From contig QZKJ01000007.1 of NCBI GenBank assembly GCA_003605035.1, forward strand, positions 41,560-105,559: a stretch of DNA of 64,000 bases, given 5' to 3'. Made by a program: the position numbers and the translations under genes. Within the stretch, counting starts at the first letter, position 1, and each line of letters begins with the position of its first letter. The stretch comes from Desulfurivibrio sp. (lineage in GTDB: Bacteria > Desulfobacterota > Desulfobulbia > Desulfobulbales > SURF-16). The notes below the pieces were generated by a model that was given only the letters and a program-made list of their open reading frames with translations, did not search any database and was not told where the DNA came from. Shown here piece by piece: positions 30,049 to 40,239 of this stretch.

Positions 30049-31169
30049 TGATCGTGGCCGGCGAGGCCTCGGGCGACCTGCACGGGGCGCATCTGGTTGC
30101 CGCCATGAAGAAACTCGTCCCTGACCTTTCCCTGTGCGGCATGGGGGGTACGGAGCTGCGTCGCCAGGGCGTTGACATCCTCTATGATGCCGCGGCCATG
30201 GCGGTGGTCGGCCTGGTGGAGGTCATCGCCCATCTCAAGGATATCCGGGCGGCCCGGAACATCCTGGTCAATGAACTGCGCCACAACCCGCCCAACCTGC
30301 TGATTCTCATCGACTACCCTGATTTCAATCTGCTGCTGGCGCAGAAGGCCAGACAGTTCGGCATCCCCGTCTTTTATTACATCAGCCCGCAGGTCTGGGC
30401 CTGGCGCAGCGGCCGGGTTAAAAAGATCGGCAGCATCATTGACCGGATGGCGGTCATCCTGCCCTTTGAAAAAGAATTTTATGGGAAGCGCGGCGTTGCG
30501 GTTGATTATGTGGGCCATCCGCTGCTCGATTCGGTGCGGCGCAGCATGTCAAGAAGCGATTTTTGCCGGCTGCATCAGATCAGGCCGGATACGGTGCTGC
30601 TGGGCCTGCTGCCGGGCAGCAGGAAAAAGGAGATCCGCGCCATGCTGCCTGTTTTTCTGGAGAGCGCCCGACGGCTGCAGGAAAGCCACGGCAACCTGAC
30701 CATCCTGCTGCCCCTGGCACCGACTCTCACCCGGGAGGATCTGCTTGAGTGCGGCCTGGACCGGCCGGGGCTTGCGGTCAAGGTCATTGCCGAGAATCGT
30801 TATGATCTCATGGGCTGCTGCGATCTGGCCCTGGCGGCCTCCGGCACGGTGACCCTTGAACTGGCCATTCTCGATGTGCCCATGGTGGTGGCCTATAAGG
30901 TATCCCCCCTGACCTGGCTGGTGGGCAATCTGCTGGTCAAGGTGGACTTTGCCTCACTGGTCAACCTCATCGCCGGCCGGCAGGTGGTCAGCGAACTGCT
31001 GCAGCAGGAGGCCGAGCCCGGAAAAATCCTGGCCGCCCTGCAGGATATCTGGCCCGGCAGCGTCAGAAGAGAGGAGATGCTGCAAGGGCTGGCAGAGGTG
31101 CGGGAGAAGCTGGGCAGCGGCGGGGCCTCAGAGCGGGCTGCCCGGCTTGCCCTGGCCACCGCCCGCTGA
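30036..31169 (+). CDS. lpxB: Lipid-A-disaccharide synthase
   Basis: 377 aa LpxB-like protein (IVAGEASGDLHGA..., LLPGSRKKEI). The start could instead be ATG 30048, which overlaps the upstream stop as TAATG. Confidence 0.93.
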   Translation: MLRIMIVAGEASGDLHGAHLVAAMKKLVPDLSLCGMGGTELRRQGVDILYDAAAMAVVGLVEVIAHLKDIRAARNILVNELRHNPPNLLILIDYPDFNLLLAQKARQFGIPVFYYISPQVWAWRSGRVKKIGSIIDRMAVILPFEKEFYGKRGVAVDYVGHPLLDSVRRSMSRSDFCRLHQIRPDTVLLGLLPGSRKKEIRAMLPVFLESARRLQESHGNLTILLPLAPTLTREDLLECGLDRPGLAVKVIAENRYDLMGCCDLALAASGTVTLELAILDVPMVVAYKVSPLTWLVGNLLVKVDFASLVNLIAGRQVVSELLQQEAEPGKILAALQDIWPGSVRREEMLQGLAEVREKLGSGGASERAARLALATAR

Positions 31170-31258
31170 CGGCTGCAGAAAAAAGGTGAAAAAATTCCCG
31201 TTGCCTGGTAAGTATTTTTTGGTGAAGCTAAAGATGATAATATGTTAAAGGTTCAACC

Positions 31259-31669
31259 ATGAAGATTTTGATTGCTGAAGATGATGTGATGACCAGGGTC
31301 ATCCTGCAGGAGATGCTGGCTGATGTTGGTACGACCCATGGGGCCGAAAACGGACGGGAGGCAATTGAAATCTTTACCCAGGCCTTGAAGGACCGGGACC
31401 CTTTTGATCTGGTCTGCCTGGATATCATGATGCCCGAGATGAACGGCCAGGACGCCCTGCTGAAGATCAGGAAAATCGAGGAGGATCTGGGGGTGATCCC
31501 CGAGTATCAGGTCAAGGTGATCATGATCACCGCCCTGTCTGATCCGGAAAACATCAGAAAGGCCAAGGAGGAAGGCCACTGCGAGGCCTACATGACCAAG
31601 CCGGTCAAGATGGATCAGCTGATTGAACAGATCAAGAAGCTGGGGCTGGTGGTGTCGTATTCGTTTTAA
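31259..31669 (+). CDS. Single-domain CheY-like response regulator
   Basis: 136 aa REC domain (KILIAEDD..., LDIMMPEMNG, KP). Confidence 0.9.
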   Translation: MKILIAEDDVMTRVILQEMLADVGTTHGAENGREAIEIFTQALKDRDPFDLVCLDIMMPEMNGQDALLKIRKIEEDLGVIPEYQVKVIMITALSDPENIRKAKEEGHCEAYMTKPVKMDQLIEQIKKLGLVVSYSF

Positions 31670-31716
31670 AGAAGAAGGCTGGGGCTGGTGGTGTCGTATT
31701 CGTTTTAAAGAAGAAG
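31639..31716. repeat. Perfect 39-bp tandem duplication (2 copies) spanning the regulator gene stop codon
   Basis: The unit CTGGGGCTGGTGGTGTCGTATTCGTTTTAAAGAAGAAGG occurs at 31639-31677 and again at 31678-31716. AAGAAG microhomology lies at the junctions. Confidence 0.95.
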
Positions 31717-31803
31717 GTGGATAGTCTGTAGGTTTTTAGGGGTTTAGGTAAACCCTGAAGAAGGTGAATAGTCTGAAGGTTTTTAGCTGTTTAGGTAAAC
31801 CCT
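31709..31803. repeat. Imperfect tandem repeat of about 47 nt (2 copies), each with an internal palindrome
   Basis: The copies are GAAGAAGGTGGATAGTCTGTAGGTTTTTAGGGGTTTAGGTAAACCCT and GAAGAAGGTGAATAGTCTGAAGGTTTTTAGCTGTTTAGGTAAACCCT. They contain the palindromes GGGTTTAGGTAAACCC and GTTTAGGTAAAC respectively. Confidence 0.85.
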
Positions 31804-31880
31804 AAAACCCTAATCACCTAACCACCTAACCGCCTAAACCCCTAAACCCCTAAACCCCTAAACCCCTAAACCCCTAAACC
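31801..31880. repeat. 8-bp-periodic tandem array, 10 units of CCTAAnnn (the last 6 are perfect CCTAAACC)
   Basis: I read the register directly. There are four degenerate units at 31801-31832 and six perfect units at 31833-31880. The last 8 codons of mutY and its TAG stop lie inside the array. Confidence 0.9.
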
Positions 31881-32949
31881 CCTCTTCAACCTCTTCGATC
31901 AGTTTCCGGTGGCCGGCCGGGAAGGCGAAGTTGCGCAGTTCCGTAAAATCCACCCACCTGTTCTCCTGGGCCGCGTGCAGGGCCGGCTCCTTCTTCTCAC
32001 TGCCGGCATCTTTACAGAAAAATCCGTGCAGAATCACCCGGTAATGCATGTAGCTGTGCCGGACGCTGGTGATTGCGTCGCTCACCTGCACCTGCAGTCC
32101 TGTTTCTTCCAGAAATTCCCGCACCACCGCCTGCTGCGGCGTTTCCCCCTCTTTGAGCCGCCCGCCCGGAAACTCCCACAGATTTGCCCAGACGTCATCC
32201 GCCTTTCTTTTCTGGATCAGGATCTTTTCGCCGCGCATCAGGATGCCGGTGGCCATCTCAATGATAATGCTCTTCTTTTTCGGAGGCAGCACCGGCCGCT
32301 CATCAATGATGTCCTGGCGGTGCGCCATGCACCATGGGACCAGGGGACACTGGCTGCAGCGGGGTTTTCTGGGCAGGCAGACCAGGGCGCCCAGCTCCAT
32401 CAGGGCCTGGTTGAAAAGGCGGGATTGGCCGGCCGGCAGCAGTTCCGTCGCCTTTTGCCAGACCAGGGCTTTGCTTTCGCTGCTCTTGATCGGGGTAATG
32501 ATATCAAAGAGGCGGGCGAAGAGGCGTTCAATATTGGCGTCCACCACCGGATAGTCCTGATTATAGGCAATGCTCATGATGGCGCCGGCCGTATAGGGGC
32601 CGATGCCCGGCAGTTGGAGCAGCTCCTCGTAGCGATCAGGCAGCCGGTGGCCATGCTCGGCCAGGAGTCTGGCGGTGCGCTGCAGATTCCTGGCCCGGGT
32701 GTAATAGCCGAGCCCCTCCCAGCAGCGCAGTACCTGGTCCTCGTCAGCCGCGGCCAGGGTCGGGATATCAGGGAAGTGTTCAAGCCACCTGTTGAAATAA
32801 AAGACCACCCGGTCCATCTGGGTCTGCTGCAGCATGATCTCGGCAATCCAGACATGATAGGGAGCGTAAGTCTGACGCCAGGGCAGATCACGCTGGTGTA
32901 AATGAAACCAGGCGAGCAGCCGGTCGCTGAAGCGGCGGTCAAAGGGCAT
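31858..32949 (-). CDS. mutY: A/G-specific adenine DNA glycosylase with a C-terminal NUDIX-like domain
   Basis: It has the HhH-GPD core, a 4Fe-4S loop (CLPRKPRCSQCPLVPWC) and a MutT-like C-terminus. I prefer the ATG at 32949 (MPFDRRFSDRLLAWF...), which matches the usual MutY N-terminus. The track start at 32997 is a GTG that would overlap the upstream gene by 43 nt. Confidence 0.9.
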   Translation of the reverse strand: MPFDRRFSDRLLAWFHLHQRDLPWRQTYAPYHVWIAEIMLQQTQMDRVVFYFNRWLEHFPDIPTLAAADEDQVLRCWEGLGYYTRARNLQRTARLLAEHGHRLPDRYEELLQLPGIGPYTAGAIMSIAYNQDYPVVDANIERLFARLFDIITPIKSSESKALVWQKATELLPAGQSRLFNQALMELGALVCLPRKPRCSQCPLVPWCMAHRQDIIDERPVLPPKKKSIIIEMATGILMRGEKILIQKRKADDVWANLWEFPGGRLKEGETPQQAVVREFLEETGLQVQVSDAITSVRHSYMHYRVILHGFFCKDAGSEKKEPALHAAQENRWVDFTELRNFAFPAGHRKLIEEVEEGFRGLGV

Positions 32950-32954
32950 GGCTG

Positions 32955-33680
32955 CTAGGAACGGCGCTGGCTGTTCAGCCAGTCGATGCGGCTCCACAGA
33001 CCACGGATGATGCGCACCTCACGCTGATCAAGGCCGGCCCGGCCGAAGATGCGGCGGAAGGTGCGCAGGATATGGTCGGGATTCTGCGGGTCAAGATATT
33101 CGGCATCAAGCAGGGTCCGGCGCATGTGCTGGTACATGCTCTCCAGGGTGCCGCTGTCGGCCGGCTCCAAGCCGCCGGGCTCGGCCAGCCCCTGCCGGTC
33201 CCTGCTCAGCTCATAGAGACAGATGGTTACCGCCTGGGCCAGGTTGAGGGAGGGCAGGGCAGGGTTGGTGGCAATGGTGATGAAAAACTGGCAGAGATCG
33301 AGCTCCGCCGTGGTGAGGCCGTCGTCTTCCCGGCCGAAGACCAGGGCGGTTTTCACCCCGGCATCGTACCGGGCCAGCAGCGGGGCGATCTCCTGGGGTG
33401 CGAGAAAATCCTGCCGGTATTTGCCGAAGCGGCGAGTGGTGCCCAGGCAGAGACCGCAGTCGGCCAGGGCCTCGGCCAGGGTGCCGAACAGTCCGGCATT
33501 CTTGAGCAGATCCCTGGCGTTGACCGCCATGTCGCGGGCCTGTTTGCTGAGATGATCGGCCCGGGGTTTGACCAGACGCAGATCGGCAAAGCCGAAATTC
33601 ATCATCACCCGGCAGACGGAACCGATATTGAGCGCTCCCTGGGGTTCCACCAGGACCACACTGACGGCCGGGGCGGTCAT
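32955..33680 (-). CDS. trmJ: SpoU/TrmJ-family tRNA/rRNA 2'-O-methyltransferase
   Basis: 241 aa. It has the SPOUT motifs (VLVEPQGALNIGSVCRVMMNFG, LVFGREDDGL, SLNLAQAV) and a TrmJ-like C-terminal extension. Confidence 0.8.
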   Translation of the reverse strand: MTAPAVSVVLVEPQGALNIGSVCRVMMNFGFADLRLVKPRADHLSKQARDMAVNARDLLKNAGLFGTLAEALADCGLCLGTTRRFGKYRQDFLAPQEIAPLLARYDAGVKTALVFGREDDGLTTAELDLCQFFITIATNPALPSLNLAQAVTICLYELSRDRQGLAEPGGLEPADSGTLESMYQHMRRTLLDAEYLDPQNPDHILRTFRRIFGRAGLDQREVRIIRGLWSRIDWLNSQRRS

Positions 33681-34784
<1,104 letters not shown>

Positions 34785-35042
34785 TTATTTAATAGGATGA
34801 TCAGAGTCTATCTGTTTTCAAGCAATTTCCGCCGCAAAAAATTGCGCAACATCAGGTCCGCTTGAAAAAATATGGTGGCCGGGTTTAAACGGTTTCTGTG
34901 GCGGACAAGGCCGAAAACTTACTAAAATAGCAGCGGGAAGGCGAGAAAAAAAAGTACACATGGCCAAGCTCATTGTTTTTTTTGCTGCGGCTTTTTTCAC
35001 CAACTCTTAATGAACCAGACTCATTGCCGATAAAATACCTTC

Positions 35043-36902
35043 ATGCCAGCAGTTAATACAGAACAGCAGGTTCTCAGTGCCGATTTTCTGAAAACCATCC
35101 CCACCAGCCCCGGCGTCTATCTGATGCACAACCGCGCCGGCAAGGTGATCTATGTGGGCAAGGCCCTGGATCTACGCAAGCGGCTGGCCTCCTATGCCCG
35201 GGTGCAGGGGGCGGCCCATGCGAAAACCGCGGTCATGGTCAGCCGTATTGCCCGGGTGGAGACCATCCTCACCCGCACGGAAAAGGAGGCCCTGCTTCTT
35301 GAATCCTCGCTGATCAAGGAGCATCGACCCAGGTACAATGTCATTCTGCGCGATGACAAGAATTACCCGCTGATCAAGGTGACGGTGGGCGAAACCTGGC
35401 CGCGGGTGGTCATGACCCGGCGCCGGCTCAAGGATAAGTCCCGCTATTTCGGGCCCTTCAGCTCGCCGTCGGCCATGTGGTCGACCATCCGGCTGCTGCA
35501 GTCCCTGTTCCCGCTGCGGCGCTGCAAGGGGGCTGAGGTGGAAAAGCGGTCGCGCCCCTGCCTCAATTATCAGATGAAGCAATGTCCGGGCGTCTGCCTG
35601 GGGCTGGCGGACCCTGATCACTACCAGGAGATGGTGCGGGATGTGCTGCTGGTGCTCGAAGGCAGAAACCGGGAGCTGGCGCACAAGCTCAAGGAGAAGA
35701 TGGCGCTCGCCGTTTCCCGGCTGCAGTTTGAGGAGGCGGCCCTTTACCGGGACCAGCTGCGGGCCCTTACGGAAACCCTGGAAAAACAGATCGTGGCAGG
35801 CGACGCCGCGCTCGAGCTTGACGTGTTCGGCCTGGTGCGCCAGGGGCCGTCGGTGGCGGTCTCGGTCATCAGCGTCCGCCACGGCCGGGTGCTGGGCCAG
35901 CAGGTTTTCTTTCTGGCCGAGCCGGTGGGTGAAGACAGCGAGGTGCTGGCGGAAAGCGTCAAGCGCTACTATGAGGAGGCGGATTTCATCCCCAGGGAGA
36001 TTCTGTTGCCCATGCTGCCCGATGATCAGCAGTTGCTCGGCGACTGGCTTTCGGAGCGGAAAGGGCAGGGGGTGGCCTTCAAGGTGCCGGTGCGGGGCGA
36101 CAAGACCCGGTTGCTCGACATGGCCCTGGCCAATGCCAGGCAGGTCTTCAGCGAACGGGACAAAAAGGAGAAGAGCTGGGAGGTGCTGACCGCGTCCCTG
36201 GAAAAAACCCTGCACCTGGGGCGCCGGCCGGAGCGCATCGAGTGTCTGGATATCTCCAATATCAGCGGCCAACAGGCGGTGGGCGCGCTGGTCTGCTTTG
36301 AAAAGGGGGAAAAGGCGGGCAAACGCTACCGCCATTTCAAGATCAGGACGGTAGCCGGACCCGATGATTACCGCATGATGGCCGAGGTGCTGGAGCGCAG
36401 ATTTACCAGAGGGGTGGCTGAGGATGATCTGCCTGACCTGCTGATGCTTGACGGCGGCAAGGGCCAGCTGCATGTGGCCCTTGATCTGGTCAGGCGTTTC
36501 GGCCTGGCAGAGCGGATCGAGCTGGTGGGCATTGCCAAGGAAAGGGGGGAGGAGGGGGAGAAGCTCTTTCGGCCGGGTCGCAAGAATGCCATTCTGCTGC
36601 CCCGCCATTCCCCGCTGCTGCTCTTTCTCATGCGCATCAGGGATGAATCCCACCGCTACGGCGTCACCTTTCACCGGAAACTGCGCAGCAAAGCGGCCTT
36701 TACCTCGGAGCTCGACACCATTGCCGGCATCGGGCCCAGGCGAAAAAAGAAATTGCTGCAGACCTTCGGCAGCCTGGCGCAGCTGAGGAAGGCCACGGTC
36801 GACGAACTTGCCGCCGTGCCGGGCATCAGCCCTGATCTGGCCAGGTCGATCCATGATTCTCTCCGGAAACCCGCGCCGCCTGCCATCACCCATGAGCCAT
36901 GA
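35043..36902 (+). CDS. uvrC: Excinuclease ABC subunit C
   Basis: 619 aa with a GIY-YIG N-terminus (PGVYLMHNRAGKVIYVGKA), a UVR domain and a C-terminal HhH2. Confidence 0.96.
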   Translation: MPAVNTEQQVLSADFLKTIPTSPGVYLMHNRAGKVIYVGKALDLRKRLASYARVQGAAHAKTAVMVSRIARVETILTRTEKEALLLESSLIKEHRPRYNVILRDDKNYPLIKVTVGETWPRVVMTRRRLKDKSRYFGPFSSPSAMWSTIRLLQSLFPLRRCKGAEVEKRSRPCLNYQMKQCPGVCLGLADPDHYQEMVRDVLLVLEGRNRELAHKLKEKMALAVSRLQFEEAALYRDQLRALTETLEKQIVAGDAALELDVFGLVRQGPSVAVSVISVRHGRVLGQQVFFLAEPVGEDSEVLAESVKRYYEEADFIPREILLPMLPDDQQLLGDWLSERKGQGVAFKVPVRGDKTRLLDMALANARQVFSERDKKEKSWEVLTASLEKTLHLGRRPERIECLDISNISGQQAVGALVCFEKGEKAGKRYRHFKIRTVAGPDDYRMMAEVLERRFTRGVAEDDLPDLLMLDGGKGQLHVALDLVRRFGLAERIELVGIAKERGEEGEKLFRPGRKNAILLPRHSPLLLFLMRIRDESHRYGVTFHRKLRSKAAFTSELDTIAGIGPRRKKKLLQTFGSLAQLRKATVDELAAVPGISPDLARSIHDSLRKPAPPAITHEP

Positions 36903-36918
36903 GCCATGAGCCACCAGC
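36891..36918. repeat. Heptanucleotide tandem repeat (CATGAGC x3 plus one degenerate unit) across the uvrC stop codon
   Basis: The units are CATGAGC CATGAGC CATGAGC CACCAGC. The uvrC TGA (36900-36902) lies within unit 2. Confidence 0.85.
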
Positions 36919-37044
36919 CATATATTTGTTGCTTTTTACGGGGCAAATCACTATGTTTGTTACTTCTGTCCTGTAATCTTCGGTGATGCGCCTCAGTGTG
37001 TAAATACAATCATCCTGTTATCATGTGAAAGGGAATTTTGAATT

Positions 37045-37887
37045 ATGTGGGAATATTCGGATAAAGTCAAAGAGCACTTCCTGAACCCGAGAAATGTCGG
37101 GGAAATCGAAAATCCCGACGGGGTGGGAGAAGTTGGTTCCCTGTCCTGCGGCGATGCCTTGAAACTCACCTTCAAGCTTGATGAGGCAAAACAGAAAATT
37201 ATTGATGCCAAATTCAAGACCTTTGGCTGCGCCAGCGCCATTGCTTCCTCCTCGGCTCTGACCGAGATGATTAAGGGCCTCGATCTGGAGGAGGCCGCCA
37301 GGATAACCAATGAGGATATCGCCGACTATCTCGGCAGCCTGCCCAAGGAGAAGATGCACTGCTCCGTCATGGGACGTGAGGCCCTGGAGGCGGCCATTGC
37401 CAATTACCGGGGGGTTGCCCTGCCCATGGCGGAAGGGGAACTGGTCTGCGAATGTTTTGGCGTCACCGACCTGGAAATCAAGCGGGCCGTTGAGGAGAGC
37501 AATCTGCGCACGGTGGAGGAGGTGACCAACTTCACCAAGGCGGGCGGCGGCTGCGGTAAATGCCAGGAGCGCATCCAGGAGCTGATCAACGAGGTACGAA
37601 AGACGGGCAAGCCGAAGATCATTCCCATGAGCGGCCCCAAGCGGCTGACCAATATCCAGAAGATCAAGTTGATCGAGGACGTTTTTGAACGGGAGGTCAG
37701 GCCGACCCTGAAAAAAGACGGCGGCGATGTCGAGCTGCTCGACGTGGACGGGGATTTCGTCATTGTCTCGCTGCGGGGCTCCTGCGCCAGCTGCGCCAAG
37801 TCACAGACGACCTTGAAGGAATATATCGAGAAAAAACTCAGGGAGCAGGTGCTGGATACCTTGATAGTTGAGGAGAGCAGGCTATGA
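37045..37887 (+). CDS. nifU: NifU-type Fe-S cluster scaffold protein
   Basis: 280 aa with an IscU-like N-domain (SCGDALKL, FGCASAIASSS, HCSVMG), a central Cys domain and a C-terminal NifU domain (CASC). Confidence 0.93.
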   Translation: MWEYSDKVKEHFLNPRNVGEIENPDGVGEVGSLSCGDALKLTFKLDEAKQKIIDAKFKTFGCASAIASSSALTEMIKGLDLEEAARITNEDIADYLGSLPKEKMHCSVMGREALEAAIANYRGVALPMAEGELVCECFGVTDLEIKRAVEESNLRTVEEVTNFTKAGGGCGKCQERIQELINEVRKTGKPKIIPMSGPKRLTNIQKIKLIEDVFEREVRPTLKKDGGDVELLDVDGDFVIVSLRGSCASCAKSQTTLKEYIEKKLREQVLDTLIVEESRL

Positions 37888-39065
37888 GCGGAGCTGAGAG
37901 AGTCATCTACATGGACAACAATGCAACCACCATGGTTGCCCCCGAGGTTCTTGCGGCCATGCTGCCCTATTTTTCGGAGCTCTACGGCAATCCGTCCAGC
38001 ATGCACAATTTCGGCGGGCAGGTGGGCAGGGCGGTGCGGGCCGCCAGGGAGCAGATTGCCGCCCTGATCAATGCCGAGCCGGAAGAGATCATCTTCACCA
38101 GCTGCGGCACGGAAAGCGATTCCACCGCCATCCTGGCCGCCCTGCAGGCCCAGCCCGGGAAAAGACATATCGTCACCACCAGGGTGGAGCATCCGGCCGT
38201 CAAAAACCTCTGCCGGGGCCTTGATACCCTCACCGGCCATAAACACCGGGTGACCGAACTGCCGGTGGAAAGCGACGGCACCCTTGATCTTCAGCGCTAT
38301 GAGGACAGTCTGGAGGATGAAACGGCCATTGTCAGCGTCATGTGGGCCAACAACGAGACCGGGGTGATTTTCCCCATTGAGGAGATGGCGAAGATCGCCA
38401 GGAACCGGGGGATCCTCTTTCATACCGATGCCGTGCAGGCGGTGGGGAAAATTCCCATCGATCTGTCCGCGGTGCCGGTTGATTTCCTTTCCCTGTCCGG
38501 CCATAAACTGCATGCCCCCAAGGGCATAGGGGTGCTCTATGTCAGAAAGAGAACCCCTTTCGTGCCCTTTCTCATCGGCGGACATCAGGAGCATGGCCGC
38601 CGGGGCGGCACGGAAAATGTCGCCTCCATCATCGGGCTGGGCAAGGCCTGTGAGCTGGCCACCCGTCATATTACCAAGGAAAACACCACGGTCAGGGCCC
38701 TGCGCGACAAACTGGAAAAAGGGCTGCTGGAAAAAATCCCCAACAGCCTGCTCAACGGCCACAAAACCCAGCGGCTGCCCAATACCGCCAATGTCAGTTT
38801 CGAGTATGTGGAAGGGGAGGCGATTCTCCTGCACATGGATCGCTTCGGCATCTGCGCCTCTTCCGGCTCTGCCTGCACTTCCGGTTCGCTGGAGCCGTCG
38901 CATGTGCTGCGCGCCATGGGGGTGCCGTTCACCGCGGCCCATGGTTCGATCCGTTTCAGTCTCAGTGTCTACAACAATGAGGACGAGGTGGATTTCGTGC
39001 TGACTAAAATGCCGGGCATCATCGCCAACCTGCGGGAGATGTCGCCTTTCTGGCAGGGCAAATGA
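37884..39065 (+). CDS. nifS: Cysteine desulfurase (NifS/IscS class)
   Basis: 393 aa (SGHKLHAPKG, SSGSACTSG). Its start overlaps the nifU stop (ATGA). Confidence 0.95.
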   Translation: MSGAERVIYMDNNATTMVAPEVLAAMLPYFSELYGNPSSMHNFGGQVGRAVRAAREQIAALINAEPEEIIFTSCGTESDSTAILAALQAQPGKRHIVTTRVEHPAVKNLCRGLDTLTGHKHRVTELPVESDGTLDLQRYEDSLEDETAIVSVMWANNETGVIFPIEEMAKIARNRGILFHTDAVQAVGKIPIDLSAVPVDFLSLSGHKLHAPKGIGVLYVRKRTPFVPFLIGGHQEHGRRGGTENVASIIGLGKACELATRHITKENTTVRALRDKLEKGLLEKIPNSLLNGHKTQRLPNTANVSFEYVEGEAILLHMDRFGICASSGSACTSGSLEPSHVLRAMGVPFTAAHGSIRFSLSVYNNEDEVDFVLTKMPGIIANLREMSPFWQGK

Positions 39066-39089
39066 TGGTTGCACATATACCTGGGAATT

Positions 39090-39160
39090 CAGGAGACAGG
39101 AGTCAGGATCCAGAATAAAACGTAATAAAATCAATCATTCTGAATTCTGTCTCCTGTTTT
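39090..39160 (+). terminator. Long interrupted hairpin followed by TTTT, downstream of nifS
   Basis: The outer stem pairs CAGGAGACAG (39090-39099) with CTGTCTCCTG (39147-39156). An inner stem pairs CAGAAT with ATTCTG. TTTT follows at 39157-39160. Confidence 0.55.
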
Positions 39161-39214
39161 CTGGATTCTCACCTACAGACAACCCGGACAGAATCGAGGA
39201 GATAACCTACAGCC

Positions 39215-40168
39215 ATGCAAGTAATCCCCCCCTCCTATGAAATTCTCACCGATCTTGACCGGCAGAGCCTGGCCGTGCGCATTGAGGCCTGCGGACGCCT
39301 CTGCTATAAAAGCGAGGATAAGATCACCGCCGATTCCGCCCCTCCCTTTATCCGCCGGATACTCAAGCACGGCCATAACTCTGTTGCTGAAATGGCTGTT
39401 CTGACGTTGAAAATTGATGTAGACCGCGAGTCGCATGTAGCCCAGCTCTTTGCCGTGCTGCCCAAATTTCTGCAGATTGACCGGCTGGAAAAAAAAGGCC
39501 TGCTGGTCAGCGGTTCGGTCCGCGGTTTCCGCGAACTTTTCCAGGGCCACGGCAACCTGAAGATCGTCAAGGGAATCACCCATTTTCTGGCGGAAAGGCA
39601 TCCGCTTTTTTTCGAAGATATCCTGCCGAAAAGGGGTCTGCTTCCCCAGGAAGGGGTGCTGGTGGAAAAACTGCCGCTGGCCGAGGTCGATGTTTTGTCC
39701 TCCGATCTGCTGGCCAAGCATCGCTTCATTGCGGTGCGATTCATCGTCAATCGGGCCGTCACCCATGAAATGGTCCGGCATCGCCCCTGCAGCTTTCTCC
39801 AGGAGAGTCAGCGCTACTGCCGTTACAGCGACAGCAAATTCGGCAGCCAGGTGACCTTTATCAAGCCTCTTTTTTACGAGGAGGGCAGCCCGGCGTACAG
39901 GCTGTGGGAGGCTGCCATGCTGGAGACGGAAAGGCTGTATGTCCAGCTGCTGGAAACCTCAACTCCCCAGGCCGCCAGGACCGTGTTGCCCAATTCCTGT
40001 AAAACCGAACTGATCGTCTATGCCAATCTGCTGCAATGGCTGCATATGTTTAAACTGCGTACTTCCAAGGGCGCCGATCCTTCCATGCGGGAGGTGATGA
40101 TCCCCCTGCTGGAGGATTTCAAGGCGCTCTTTCCTTCTGTTTTTGCGTATTTGACTCCTGAAAAATAA
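39215..40168 (+). CDS. thyX: FAD-dependent thymidylate synthase
   Basis: 317 aa. The ThyX signature RHRPCSFLQESQRY (RHRxxSxxxxSxR) and HGHNSVAE are present. Confidence 0.9.
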   Translation: MQVIPPSYEILTDLDRQSLAVRIEACGRLCYKSEDKITADSAPPFIRRILKHGHNSVAEMAVLTLKIDVDRESHVAQLFAVLPKFLQIDRLEKKGLLVSGSVRGFRELFQGHGNLKIVKGITHFLAERHPLFFEDILPKRGLLPQEGVLVEKLPLAEVDVLSSDLLAKHRFIAVRFIVNRAVTHEMVRHRPCSFLQESQRYCRYSDSKFGSQVTFIKPLFYEEGSPAYRLWEAAMLETERLYVQLLETSTPQAARTVLPNSCKTELIVYANLLQWLHMFKLRTSKGADPSMREVMIPLLEDFKALFPSVFAYLTPEK

Positions 40169-40239
40169 GCCGTTGTTCAAAAATGACTGCTACATTGAAA
40201 TGCTGCAGACGGCACTCTTTTCAGTACCCCCTTGAGGGG

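Noticed and set aside
31801-31880. The CCTAAACC array as telomere-like sequence (it resembles the plant CCCTAAA repeat) or as a CRISPR array.
   Set aside because: The unit is 8 nt rather than 7, and the array is internal to a bacterial gene-dense region. There are no spacers, no repeats of 24-40 nt and no cas genes, so it is not CRISPR. A related array with a different unit sequence occurs at 61560-61607, which points to a native repeat family.
31858-31884. Phase variation of mutY through the 8-nt repeat at its 3' end.
   Set aside because: The reverse-complement unit TTTAGGGG yields a TAG in every frame within three units. Copy-number change can therefore only alter up to 8 C-terminal residues, beyond the NUDIX-like domain, which is unlikely to switch the gene off.
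35172-36914. 580-aa minus-strand ORF opposite uvrC. Similar long antisense ORFs occur at 37404..39134, 40604..42010, 43369..44511, 45727..46965, 50598..52772, 52688..55078, 56201..58111 and 59742..61172.
   Set aside because: Each is the mirror frame of a gene with strong family signatures. Their translations are Gly/Ala/His/Arg/Leu-rich low-complexity strings. These strings are typical of stop-poor antisense frames in GC-rich DNA. None has a start context or recognisable motif.
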